From Pristiophorus japonicus (lineage: Eukaryota): a stretch of DNA of 64,000 nt. Below are positions 23,820-36,235 of the stretch, piece by piece. Numbering within the stretch: position 1 is the stretch's first letter; every line of letters starts with the position of its first letter. Location: contig NC_091979.1 of NCBI RefSeq assembly GCF_044704955.1, forward strand, positions 54,436,001-54,500,000. The letters run 5' to 3'. The translations under genes and the position numbers were made by a program. Under the pieces are notes generated by a model. That model ran no database searches. It worked only from the letters and a program-made list of their open reading frames with translations, and had not been told where the DNA came from.

Positions 23820-25374
23820 ACACCCTCCCCCCCCCCCCAAAATAAAAGTCAATAGTATAACTATTTACAATGTGAGTCGATCTGGGGCCTTCCTTTCCCT
23901 GGTTGATCGTCTCTGTGCAAATGATGGTTTTGGTGAGTCATTTGTTCGGCCCTTGCTGGGCTGCTGTGCAGCTGGCCTTGCTGGGCTGCTGGATGTGATG
24001 AGTCCTGCTAGGCTGCTGCGGGTGATGGGTTCTGCTTTGTGATCAACCGCTGGGTCGGATGCCACTTGTGTGTGTTGGAGGGTCGAAAAAGGTGGAGTCT
24101 ATTGTGGATTGTTCTGTATAGTCTGTAAATCTGAGTTTGGTTTGGTCCAAGTGTTTCCTGCAGATGAGTCAATTTGAGAGTTTGACCACACTCTACTCCC
24201 CTCTTTGGCCAAAACAGTGCCAGGAAGCCACTTGGGACCTTGTCCACAGTTCAACACAAATACAGGATCATTTATCTCAATTTCATGTGACACATTTGCG
24301 CGATCATGATATGTATTCTGTTGAAGCCGCCTGCTCTCTACCTGTTCATGTAGATCAGGGTGGACTAACGAGAGCCTTGTCTTTTCATGAGCAGTTCAGC
24401 GGGAGGGGCCCCAGTGAGCGAGTGGGGTCTTGTGTGGTAACTGAGCAGGTCTCGGGATAAGCGAGTCTGCAGTGAGCCTTCAGTTACCCTTTTCAAGCTC
24501 TACTTGATTATTTGAACTGCTCGTTCTGCCTGACCATTGGACGCTGGTTTAAACGGGGCAGATGTGACATGTTTGATCCCATTGCGGGTCATGAACTCCT
24601 TGAACTCGGCACTGGTAAAGCACGGCCCATTGTCACTTACAAGGACATCAGGCAGGCCGTGCGTGGCAAACATGGCCCATAGGCTTTCAATGGTGGCAGC
24701 GGACGTGCTTGCCAACATTATCACACGTTCAATCCATTTGGAGTACGCATCTACAACCACTAAGAACATTATTCGCAAGAATGGGCCTGCATAGCCGACA
24801 TGGACCCTGGACCACGGTTTGGAGGGCCAGGACCATAAACTTAGTGGCACCTCCCTGGGTGCAATGCTTAACTGTGAACATGTATTACATTTGTGCACGC
24901 AGGACTCTTAAGTCTGCATCGATACCGGGCCACCGCACGTGGAATCTGGCTATTCCTTTCATCACTACGATGCCTGGGTGGATGCTGTGGAGATCACCAA
25001 TGAAAGTGTCTCTGCCCTTTTTTGGCACCACTACCCGATTACCCCATAGGAGGCAGTCTGCCTGTATAGACATTTTATCTTTGCGCCGCTGGTACGACTT
25101 TATTTTTTCCTGCATCTCTAACGGGACACGAGACCAACTCCCGTGGAACACAGTTTTTTTAACTAAGGACAGTAAGGGGTCCTGGCTCGTCCAGGTTCTA
25201 ATCTGTCGGGCGGTAACAGGTTTTTGCTCACTCTCGAATGTTTCTGTTACCATAACTAAATCTGCAAGCTGTGCCATCTCCACCCCGGTGGGGGGCAATG
25301 GCAGCCTACTGAGAGCATCGGCACAATTTTCTGTGCCTGGCCAGTGGTGGATGGCATAGTTGTATGTGGACAAC

Positions 25375-25737
25375 GTCGCTTCTCGGCCTTTTGGCTAAGA
25401 TCATGCGTAACTGACCTGACAGGGGAGTAGCCACCATGACCTCCGGGTGGTTCTCCCTGGATCAGGAAGGTATATGCTTGCTTTTTTGGAAACAGGAGGT
25501 GGGTGGGGTGGCTTGACCCATCCACCTCCACGGAGGTGTGTGGGGGACCTGACCCATCCACCTCCATGGCACGAACCTGGTATTGCAGTACTTCCAGGAA
25601 CGGTGCAGTGGCTCTAGGCCTTTTGGCTAAGAGCATTGGCGCAGAGTGATCCTTGGCGTGTGCAAGGTGACCTCTGGCGTTTGTGATTTGACAAAGAATT
25701 GGAACGATTGGCTACGAATTTCAAAAAAAAAAAAAAA
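25375..25737 (+). mobile_element. Chimeric U2/U1 snRNA-derived SINE-like element, copy 1
   Basis: U2 5' end (tcgcttctcggccttttggctaagatca), U1-like segment (actgacctgacaggggag..ccatga..ggtggttctccc), U2 3' half (tttttgga..acctggtattgcagtacttccaggaacggtgca), second degenerate U2 5' end, unique tail, A15. Confidence 0.85.
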
Positions 25738-25754
25738 CGTGAGCACCCATCTCC

Positions 25755-26099
25755 CCTTTTGGCTAAGATCATGCGTAACTGACCTGACAGGGGAGTAACC
25801 ATGACCCCAAAGTGGTTCTCCCTGGATCAGGACGGTGGTTCTCCTATGCTTTTTGGAAATAGGAGGTGGGTGGGGTGGCTTGACCCATCCACCTCCACGG
25901 AGGTGTGTGGGGGGCCTGACCCATCCACCTCCATGGCACGAACCTGGTATTGCAGTACTTCCAGGAACGGTGCATTTGGCTCTAGGCCTTTTGGCTAAGA
26001 GCATTGGCGCAGAGTGATCCTTGATGTGTGCAAGGTGACCTCTGGCGTTTGTGATTTGACAAAGAATTGGAAAGATTGGCTACGAATTTAAAAAAAAAA
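25755..26099 (+). mobile_element. Chimeric U2/U1 snRNA-derived SINE-like element, copy 2
   Basis: Same architecture, 5'-truncated by ~12 nt, with poly(A). Flanked by an 18-bp TSD aacgtgagcacccatctc (25736-25753) / aacgtgagaacccatctc (26098-26115). Confidence 0.85.
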
Positions 26100-28640
26100 C
26101 GTGAGAACCCATCTCTGGATGTGGGCCGATGCATTCATTTTTATCCACTTGCTTTCAGAAAAGAGGGATATAAGCAAATTTGAGCTCGAACAGATAATGA
26201 TGCATTTTCTTTACCCCGTAAACACATGCTAAGGCTTCTTTTTCGATCATATTGTAGGCCCTTTCGGCTTTAGATAGACTTCTGGATGCATAAGCAACTG
26301 GTTGCAATTTCCCAAACTCATTAGCTTGTTGCAATACACACCCGACCCTGTACGTCAACGTGTCATATGGTAGTACCAAATGCTTACATGGATCGTACAA
26401 CACAAGTAATTTGTTTGAATATAACAGCTTCCTAGCTTTCTCAAAGGCATTTTCTTGGCTTTTGCCCCATACCCATTCATCTCCTTTACGCAGTAAAGAG
26501 TGCAGGGGTTCTAACAATGTGCTAAGACCCGGTAAGGGGTTTCCAAAATAATTCAGGAATCCTAGAAATGACCGCAGCTCCATTACGTTCTGTGGTCTCG
26601 GTACGTTCTTGATTTCCTTCGTCTTCGAATCGGTGGGCCTGATGCTGTCTGCCGCGATTCTTCTCCCCAGGAACTGCACTTCAGGCACCAGGAAAACGCA
26701 CTTCGAGTGTTTTATCCTGAGCCCCACACGATTGAGCCGACTAAGAACCTCCTCCAGGTTCTGCAGCTGCTCGACGGTGTCCTGACCTGTAACCAAGATG
26801 TCGTCCTGGAAGACCACGGTGCGCGGGACCGACTTCAACAAGCTTTCCATGTTCCTCTGGAATATCGCCGCGGCCGATCGAATCCCAAACGGGCATCTGT
26901 TGTAAATGAAGAGACCTTTGTGGGTGTTGATGCAGGTGAGGCCTTTCGATGATTCCTCCAGCTCCTGCGTCATGTAGGCCGAGGTCAAGTCCAGCTTCGT
27001 GAACGTTTTCCCTCCCGCCAGCGTCACAAATAGGTCGTCTGCCTTCAGTAGCAGGTATTGATCCTGCAGTGAGGAACGATTAATAGTTACTTGGTAATCA
27101 CCACAGATTCTGATGGTGCCATCTCCCTGGAACAATCGGACTGACCCATTCATTGAATTTGATCGGGGAAATTATGCCCTCTCATTGCAGCTGTCCAGCT
27201 CGATCTCCATCTTCTCTCTCGTCATGTAAGGTATCGTTCTCGCCTTGTGATAGATGGGTGCGCCCCCGGAATCAAATGGATCTGCACTTTTGCTCCTTGG
27301 AACTTCCCGATGCCTGGTTTGAACAGCGAGGGGAACTTGTTTAGGACCTGGGCACATTAGGTGTTGTCGATGGATGAAAGCGCTTCGATCTCGTCCCAGT
27401 TCCAGCGTATCTTTCCCAGCCAGCTCCTGCCGAACAGCGAGGGGCCATTGCCCGGTACCATCCAGAGTGGTAACTCGTGCACCGCCCCATCGTAGGATAC
27501 CTTTACGGTAGCACTGCCGATTACGTGAGTCAGTTCCTTTGTGTACGTTCTCAGTTTAATATGAATGGGAGTCAGTTCTGGCCTTGAAGCCTTGCAAAAA
27601 CCACAATTTATCGAAAATCTTTTTGCTCATTATTGACGGGCTTGCACCCGTGTCCAGCTCCATCGACACAGGGAGTCCATTTAATTCAACCTTCAGCATT
27701 ATCGGGGGACACTTTTGTGGTAAATGTGTGCACCCCATATACCTCTGCCTCCTCGATCTGAGGCTCTGGTTCGTCGTGATCCACCGTGGATCTATCCTTC
27801 TCTGCAACATGGTGGTTTGCAGGATTAGCAGGGTTTGCAACTCGCCTGCACATACATTGGAGATGTCCCATTGTTCCACAGGCCTTGCAAACGTATGCTT
27901 TCAAGCGGCATGAATGGAAACGATTATCACCCCCGCAGCGCCAACAAGGTGTTAATGGCCTTGTATTCACCACCCTTGTTGGTGGACTCTGCGGACGTGC
28001 AACTGCAGGCGTGTAAGTCCTGACTTGTACATTTAGATTCTTTGTTCACAGTACTTGCAGCGGCCTTCGTGTGCTGAGAAATTTGTTTGGTATTTTCACT
28101 GGTGGCGATAAACGCCTGGGCTATCGCCATGGCTTTACTCAAGGTTGGGGTCTCTACAGTCAAAAGTTTGCGAAGTATCACTTCATGGCCAATGCCAAGT
28201 ACAAAGAAGTCCCTGAGCATGTGCTCCAAGTGTTCTTCAAATTCGCAATGTCCTGCAAGGCGCCTTAGCTCGGCGACGTAGCTCGCCACTTCCTGGCCTT
28301 CAGACCTCTTGTACATGTAGAACCAATACCTCGCCATCAGAATGCTTTCCTTCGGGTTTAGATGCTCCTGGACCTGTGTGCACAACTCATCGTACGACTT
28401 GTCTGTGGGTTTCGCTGGAGCGAGCAGGTTTTTATGAGGCCATATGTTGGCGCCCCGCAGACGGTGAGGAGGATCACCCTTCGTTTGGCAACGTTCGCTT
28501 CTCCTTCCAGCTCGTTGGCCACGAAGTATTGGTCGAGTCGCTCCACGAAGGTTTCCCAATCACCTCCCTCAGAAAATTTCTCCAGGATGCCCACGGTTCT
28601 CTGCATTGTTGTGGTTCGTCATTTGTATCTCATCGCCAGT

Positions 28641-28832
28641 TGTTATGTCTTGAATAAAGAGTCAGAGTAAGGTGTGACCGTAGTCCTTTATTACAGATCT
28701 CAGAGTGCCTCTCCAGCCTGTGAGGCCTCCTTATATACAAGTGCTCCCAAGGGATTGTGGGATCCCTTGGGACTCCAGGGGATAAGCCCTCTGGTGGTTA
28801 GACATGGTATTTACAGGTTTACATAAATAACA
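28641..28832 (-). repeat. 5' LTR
   Basis: Direct repeat of 23610-23819 lacking ~20 bp; adjacent to the PBS. Confidence 0.93.
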
Positions 28833-30669
28833 GTAAGACCATAAGAAATAAGAAATACGGCCCCTCAAGCCTGCTCCGCCATTCAATAAGATCATGGCTG
28901 ATCATCGACCTCACCACTTTCCTGCCCGATCTCCATATCCCTTGATTCCACTCGAGTCCAAAAATCTATCTATCTCAGCCTTGAATATACAGAGACTCAG
29001 CATCCACAGCCCTCAGGGGCAGAGAATTCCAAAGGTTCTCAACCCTCTATGAAGAAATTCCTCCTCATCTCTGCCTTAAATGGCATACCCCTCATCCTGA
29101 GACTGTGCCCCCCAATTCTAGACACTCCAGCCTCTCAGCATCTACCCTGTTAATCCCCGTCAGAATCTTGTGTGTCTCAATGAAATCAACTTTCATTCTT
29201 CTAAACTCCAGAGAATATAGGTCCATTCTACACAGTCTCTTATCATAAGACAGCCCTCTCATCCCAGGAATCAAACCAGTAAACCTTTGTTGCACCGCCT
29301 CCAAGGCAAGTATATCCTTCCTTAGATAAAGAGACCAAATCTGTGCACAGTACTCCAGGTATGGTCTCACCAAAGTCCTGTATAATTGTAGCAAGACGTC
29401 CTTACTCTTATATTCCAATCCCCTTGCAATAAAGGACAATGTGTCATTTGCCTTCCTTATTGCTTGCTGTATCTGCATGTTAGCTTTCCTCTGAACATCA
29501 TCATTTAAAAGTTTCTCACCGTTTAAAAAATATTCTGTTTTTCTATTCTTCCAACCAAAGTGAATCACCACACATTTCCCTACATTATATTCCCATCTGC
29601 CACCTTACTGCCTACTCACTTAGACTACCTATATCCCTTTGCATACTCTTTGTGTTCTCTTCACAGTTTACTGTCCCACCTAGCGGTCCCTTCATCTAGG
29701 CCATTAATATAGATTGTAAATAGCTGAGGCCCCAGCACTGATCCTTGCGGCACCCCACTAGTTACAGCCTGCCAATCTGAAAAAGACCCATTTTATCCCT
29801 ACTCTCTGTTTTCTGTCCATTAACCAATCCTCTATCCATGTTAATATCTTACCTCCAATCGCATGAGCCCACATCTTGTGTAATAACCTTTTATGTGGCA
29901 CCTTATCGAATGCCTTTTAGAAATCCAAATATACTACATCCACTGGTTCCTCTTTGTCTTACCCTGCTAGTTACATCCTCAAAAAATTCAAATAAATTTG
30001 TCAAACTTGATTTCCCTTTCATAAAATCATGTTATGATTTTGTAAGTGCCCTAATACCACTTCCTTAACAATTGATTCCAGTATTTTCCCGACTAATGTC
30101 AGGCTAACTGGCCTGTTGTTCTCTGTTTTCTCTCTCCCTTCTTTCTTGAATAGTGGTGTTACATTTGCTACCTTCCAATCTGCTGGGAGTGTTACAGAAT
30201 TTAGGGAATTTTGGAATATCAAACGAATGCATCCACTGTCTCTGCAACTACCTCTTTTAGAACTCTAGGATGTAGGCTGTAGGTCCCTGGGGATTCGTGG
30301 TGAGTCGGAGAGGCTTGGGCGGTGTGTCAGAGAGGCCAATAAAAAGTCCCAAAGCGTCGCTGAGGCTCGGGAGTTCATGGTGAGTCGGAGAGGCTCGGGA
30401 GGTGCGTCGGAGAGGCCTATAAAAAGGCCCAATGCGTCGCTGAGGCTCGGGAGTTTGTGGTGAGTCGGAGAGGCTCGGGAGGTGTGTCAGAGAGGCATGC
30501 TTGTGCAGCTACAGGGAGAAGGCAAAAAAGTAGAAAGAAATTGAAAGGTGACATCACAGCCAAGGGGGTAAGTGATTAGCTGGTGATTGGTAAGTAGTTT
30601 CTCTTTTTCTTTATCAGTAAGTAACCTTTTAACATTGTTGCCCAATTAAGTTAATCCAAGGGTTAAGTC

Positions 30670-31615
30670 ATGACAGGAGAGCTCGGACACGTGTTATGCT
30701 CCTCCTGTACTATGTGGGAACTCAGAGACGCTTCCGGTGTCCCTGACGACTACGTGTGCGGGAAGTGCATCCGCCTGAAGATCCTCACAGACTGTATTGC
30801 GGCACTGGAGCTGCGAGTGGATGAACTCTGGAGCATCCACGATGCTGAGAATGACGTGAATAGCACGTTTAGCGAGTTGGTCACACCGCAGGTAAAGGGT
30901 ACACAGCCAGATAGGTCACCCGTTCCTTATCTGGCTGTGTCCCTTGCGGTCATCCCACTGCAAAACAGATACACCGCTTTGAGTACTGTTGAGGGGGATG
31001 ACTCATCAGGGGAAGGCAGCAGCAGCCAAGTTCATGGCACCCGCGGAATCAAATGGATCCAGTGGGTGGCTCTGCTGCACAGGAGGGCAGGAAAAAGAGT
31101 GGGAGAGCGCTAGTGATAAGGGATTCAATTGCAAGAGGAATAGATAGGCGTTTCTGCGGCTGCAACCGCGACTCCAGGATGGTATGTTGCCTCCCTGGTG
31201 CAAGGGTCAAGGATGTCTCGGAGTGGGTGCAGGACATTCTGAAAAGGGAGGTTGAACAGCCAGTTGTCATGGTGCACATAGGTACCAATGATATAGGTAA
31301 AAAAATGGGATGAGATCCTACGAGACGAATTTAGGGAGCTCGGAACTAAATTTAAAAAGTAGGACCTCAAAAGTAGTAATCTCAGGATTGCTACCAGTGC
31401 CACGTGCTAGTCAGAGTAGGAATCGCAGGATAGCTCAGATGAATACGTGGCTTGAGGAGTGGTGCAGAAGGAAGGGATTCAAATTCCTGGGGCATTGGAA
31501 CCAGTTCTGGGGGAAGTGGGACCAGTACAAACCGGACGGTCTGCACCTGGGCAGGACCGAAACCAATGTCCGAGGGGAAGTGTTTGCTAGTGCCGTTAGG
31601 GAGGAGTTAAACTAA
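30670..31615 (+). pseudogene. CR1 ORF1 (zinc finger, coiled coil, SGNH esterase), frameshifted
   Basis: CSSCTMW..YVCGKC; LVIRDSIARG, CCLPGARV, HIGTND and PDGLHL motifs spread over three frames. Confidence 0.88.
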
Positions 31616-32029
31616 TATGGCAGGGGGATGGGAACCAATGCAGGGAGACAGAGGGAAACAAAATGGAGACAAAAGCAAAAGACAGAAAGGAGATGAGTAA
31701 AAGTGGAGGGCAGAGAAGCCCAAGGCAAAAACCAAAAAGGGCCACTGTACAGCAAAATTCTAAAGGGTCAAAGTGTAATAAAAAGGCAAGCATGAAAGCT
31801 CGGTGCCTCAATGCAAGGAGTATTCAGAACCCAGGAGAGGGCTCTGAGCTAGTTAGAGTGGGTGAGAACTCAGATGAACAGGACCCCAAGAAATAATGCA
31901 GGAGGCAACAGAGCAGAGTAGCACTGGGGTAAGTGTAAACCACAAGGTGATGGGAAGGGACAATATTTATGAATATAAAGGGGGTGCAGGAGGGGTCAAA
32001 ACTAAAAATCATGGTTTAAAAACTAGTAT

Positions 32030-34837
32030 TAAAACACTCTACTAAACGCATGCAGCATTCGAAATAAAGTAAATGAGTTGACGGCACAAATCATTACAAA
32101 TGGGTATGATTTGGTGTCCATTACAGAAACGTGGTTGCAGGGGGGCCAAGACTGGGAATTAAACATACAGGGGTATCTGACGATTCGGAAAGATAGACAA
32201 GAAGGGAAAGGAGGTGGGGTAGCTCTGTTAATAAAGGATGATATCAGGGCAGTTGTGAGAGACGATATTGGCTCTAATGAACAAAATGTTGAATCATTGT
32301 GGGTGGAGATTAGAGATAGTAAGGGGAACAAGTCACTGGTGGGCGTAGTTTATAGGCCCCCAAATAATAACTTCATGGTGGGGCAGGCAATAATCGAGGG
32401 AATAATGGAGGCATGTGAAAAAGGAACGGCAGTAATCATGGGGGATTTTAACCTACATATCGATTGGTCAAATCAAATCGCACGGGGTAGCCTTGAGGAG
32501 GAATTCATAGAAGGCAGACGGGATTGTTTCTTCGAACAGTATGTTACAGAACCTACAAGGGAGCAAGCTATCTTAAATCTGGTCCTGTGTAATGAGACAG
32601 GAATAATAAACGATCTCCGAGTAAAAGATCCTCTCGGAATGAGTGATCACAGTATGGTTGAATTTGTAATACAGATTGAGGGTGAGGAAGTAGTGTCTCA
32701 AACGAGCGTACTATGCTTAAACAAAGGGGACTACAGTGGGATGAGGGCAGAGTTGGCTAAAGTAGACTGGAAACACAGACTAAACGGTGGCACAATTGAG
32801 GAACAGTGGCGGACTTTTAAGGAGTTCTTTCATAGTGCTCAACAAAAATATATTCCAGTGAAAAAGAAGGGCGGTAAGAGAAGGGATAACCAGCTGTGGA
32901 TAACGAAGGAAATAAGGGAGAGTATCAAATTAAAAACCAATGCGTATAAGGTGGCCAAGGCTAGTGGGAAACTAGAAGATTGGGAACATTTTAAACGACA
33001 GCAAAGAGTGACTAAGAAAGCAATAAAGAAAGGAAAGATAGATTACGAAGGTAAACTTGCGCAAAACATAAAAACAGATAGTAAAAGTTTTTACAGATAT
33101 ATAAAACGGAAAAGAGTGACTAAAGTAAATGTTGGTCCCTTAGAAGATGAGAAGGGGGATTTAATAATGGGAAATGTGGAAATGGCTGAGACCTTAAACA
33201 ATTATTTTGCTTCGGTCTTCACAGTGGAATACACAAAAACCATGCCAAAAATTGCTGGTCATGGGAATGTGGAAAGGGAGGACCTTGAGATCATCACTAT
33301 CACTAGGGGGGTAGTGCTGGATAGGCTAATGGGCCTCAAGGTAGACAAGTCCCTTGGCCCTGATGAAATGCATCCCAGGGTATTAAAAGAGATGGCGGAA
33401 GTTATAGCAGATGCATTCGTTATAATCTACCAAAATTCTCTCGACTCTGGGGAGGTACCAGCGGATTGGAAAGCAGCTAATGTAACACCTCTGTTTAAAA
33501 AAGGGGGCAGACAAAAGGCAGGTAACTATAGGCCGGTTAGTTTAACATCTGTAGTGGGGAAAATGCTTGAAGCTATCATTAAGGAAGAAATAGCGGGACA
33601 TCTCGATAGGAATAGTGCAATCAAGCAGATGCAACATGGATTCATGAAAGGGAAATCATGTTTAACTAATTTACTGGAATTCTTTGAGGATATAACGAGC
33701 ATGCTGGATAGAGGTGTACCGATGGATGTGGTGTATTTAGATTTCCAAAAGGCATTCGATAAGGTGCCACACAAAAGGTTACTGCAGAAGATAAAGATAC
33801 ACGGAGTCAGAGGAAATGTATTAGCATGGATCGAGAATTGGCTGGCTAACAGAAAGCAGAGAGTCGGGATAAATAGGTCCTTTTCGAGTTGGAAATCGGT
33901 GGTTAGTGGTGTGCCACAGGGATTGGTGCTGGGACCACAACTGTTTACAATATACATAGATGACCTGGAAGAGGGGACAGAGTATAGTGCAACAAAATTT
34001 GCAGATGAGACAAAGATTAGTGGGAATGTGGGTTGTATAGAGGACACAGAGAGGCTGCAAAGAGATTTATATAGGTTAAGCGAATAGGCTAAGGTTTGGC
34101 AGATGGAATACAATGTCGGAAAATGTGAGGTCATCCACCTTGGAAAAAAGAACAGTAAAAGGGAATATTATTTGAATGGGGAGAAATTACAACATGCTGC
34201 GGTGCAGAGGGACCTGGGGGTCCTTGTGCATGAATCCCAAAAAGTTAGTTTGTAGGTGCAGCAGGTAATCAGGAAGGCGAATGGAATGTTGGCCTTCATT
34301 GCGAGAGGGATGGAGTACAAAAGCAGGGAGGTCCTGCTGCAACTGTACAGGGTATTGGTGAGGCCGCACCTGGAGTACTGCGTGCAGTTTTGGTCACCTT
34401 TCTTAAGGAAGGATATACTAGCTTTGGAGGGGGTACAGAGTCGATTCACTAGGCTGATTCCGGAGATGAGAGGGTTACCTTATGATGATAGATTGAGTAG
34501 ACTGGGTCTTTACTTGCTGGAGTTCAGAAGGATGAGGGGTGATCTTATAGAAACATTTAAAATAATGAAAGGGATAGACAAGATCGAGGCAGAGAGGTTG
34601 TTTCCACTGGTCGGGGAGACTAGAACTAGGGGGCACAGCCTCAAAATACGGGGGAGCCAATTTAAAACTGAGTTGAGAAGGAATTTCTTCTCCCAGAGGG
34701 TTGTGAATCTGTGGAATTCTCTGCCCAAGGAAGCAGTTGAGGCTAGCTCATTGAATGTATTCAAATCACAGATGGATAGATTTTTAACCAATAAGGGAAT
34801 TGAGGGTTACAGGGAGCGGGCGGGTAAGTGGAGCTGA
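32030..34837 (+). pseudogene. CR1 ORF2 (APE endonuclease and reverse transcriptase) with in-frame stops
   Basis: 669-aa open stretch 32078-34087 (ITETW, GDFN, SDH, QHGF, DFQKAFD, FADE); TAG stops at ~34085 and ~34253; same frame continues to 34837. Confidence 0.93.
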
Positions 34838-34931
34838 GTCCACAGCCAGATCAGCCATGATCTTGTTGAATGGCGGAGCAGGCTCGAGGGGCTAGATGGC
34901 CTACTCCTGTTCCTAATTCTTATGTTCTTAT

Positions 34932-36235
34932 GATCAGTCGAAGTCAGCATGGATTTATGAAAGGGAAATCATGCTTGACAAATCTTCAGGAATTTTTTGA
35001 GGATGTAACTAGTAGAGTGGACAAGGGAGAACCAGTGGATGTGGTGTATTTGGACTTTCAAAAGGCCTTTGACAAGGTCCCACATAAGAGATTGGTGTGC
35101 AAAATGAAAGCACATGGTATTGGGAGTAATGTACTGATGTGAATAGAGAATTGGTTGGCAGACAGGAAGCAGAGACTCGGGATAAACAGGTCCTTTTCGG
35201 AATGGGAGGCAGTGACTAGTGGAGTGCCGCAAGGCTCAGTGCTGGGTTCCCAGCTCTTTACAATATACATTAATGATTTGGATGAAGGAATTGAGTGTAA
35301 TATCTCCAAGTTTTCAGATGACACTCAACTGGGTGGCGGTGTGAGCTGTGAGGAGGATGCTCAGAGGCTGCAGGGTGACTTGGACAGGTTAGGTGAGTGG
35401 GCAAATGCATGGTCGATGTCGTATAATGTGGATAAATGTGAAGTTATTCACTTTGGGGGCAAAAACACGGAGACAGAATATTATCTGAATGGCGGCAGAT
35501 TAGGAAAAGGGGAAGTGCAACGAGACCTGGGTATCCTGGTTCATCAGTCATTGAAAGTTGGCATGCAGGTACAGCAAGTGGATAAGAAGGCAAATGGCAT
35601 GTTGGCCTTCATAGCTAGGGGATTTGAGTATCGGAGCAGGGAGATCTTTCTGCAATTGCACAGGGTCTTGGTGAGGCCTCACCTGGAATATTGTGTTCAG
35701 TTTTAGTCTCCTAATCTGAGGAAGGACGTTCTTGCTATTGAGGGAGTGCAGCGAAGGTTCACCAGACTGATTCCAGGGATGGTTGTACGGACATATGAGG
35801 AGAGACTGGATCAACTGGGCCTTTATGCACTCGAGTTCAGAAAGATGAGAGGGGATCTCATAGAAACGTATAAGATTCTGACGGGATGGGACAGGTTAGA
35901 TGCGGGAAAAATTTTTCCGATGTTGGGGAAGCCCAGAACCAGGGGACACAGTCATAGGATAAGGGGTAGGCCATTTAGGACTGAGATGAGGAGAAACTTC
36001 TTCATTCAGAGAGTTGTTAACCTGTGGGATTTCCTGCTACAGAGAGTTGTTGATGCCAGTTCATTGGATATATTCAAGAGGGAGTTAGATATGGCCCTTA
36101 CGGCTAAAGGGAACAAGTGGTATGGAGAGAAAGCAGGAAAGGGGTACGGAGGTGAATGATCAGCCATGATCTTATTGAATGGTGGTGCAGGCTCGAAGGG
36201 CCGAATGGCCTACTCCTGCACCTATTTTCTATGTT
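34932..36235 (+). mobile_element. 5'-truncated CR1 of another subfamily, directly after the previous tail
   Basis: RT peptides in ORFs 34870-35142, 35155-35706 and 35746-36159; ttttctatg tail. Confidence 0.92.

Larger units (their letters stand above)
23610..28832 (-). mobile_element. Full-length decayed Ty3/Gypsy LTR retrotransposon (Mag-like)
   Basis: TG..CA LTRs at 23610-23819 and 28641-28832; 5-bp TSD ataag/gtaag; PBS tggcgatgag; G-rich PPT. Gag (DWETFVERLDQYF, twin zinc knuckles), protease LDTGAS, RT FQDD, RNase H YASRSL, integrase (VSDNGPCFTS, SNGQAER) occur in Gypsy order; many frameshifts. Confidence 0.95.
30292..34931 (+). mobile_element. Near full-length young CR1 LINE
   Basis: 5' UTR tandem repeats (~78 bp, 30292-30495), ORF1, ORF2, 3' UTR and ttcttatg tail. 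Confidence 0.95.

Noticed and set aside
25410-25418. SINE U1 variant actgacctg is exactly complementary to the GTDC1 donor caggtcagt (5698-5706)
   Set aside because: Only 9 bp and a common donor variant; expected by chance given its U1 origin.
25375-25607. Functional U2 or U1 snRNA gene
   Set aside because: The branch-point pairing region and the middle of U2 are replaced, U1 is partial, it has poly(A) and a TSD, and it sits in Gypsy pol with no snRNA promoter context.
25695-25708. U6-like aattggaacgat in the SINE tail
   Set aside because: Only ~12 bp and altered in copy 2; too short to call without a family consensus.
26155-27153. 332-aa ORF as an active pol gene
   Set aside because: It is an RT/RNase H piece of a Gypsy element with frameshifts on both sides and SINE insertions.
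30292-30495. Regularly spaced repeats (CRISPR-like)
   Set aside because: Whole units repeat with no unique spacers; they are CR1 5' UTR tandem repeats in a vertebrate genome.
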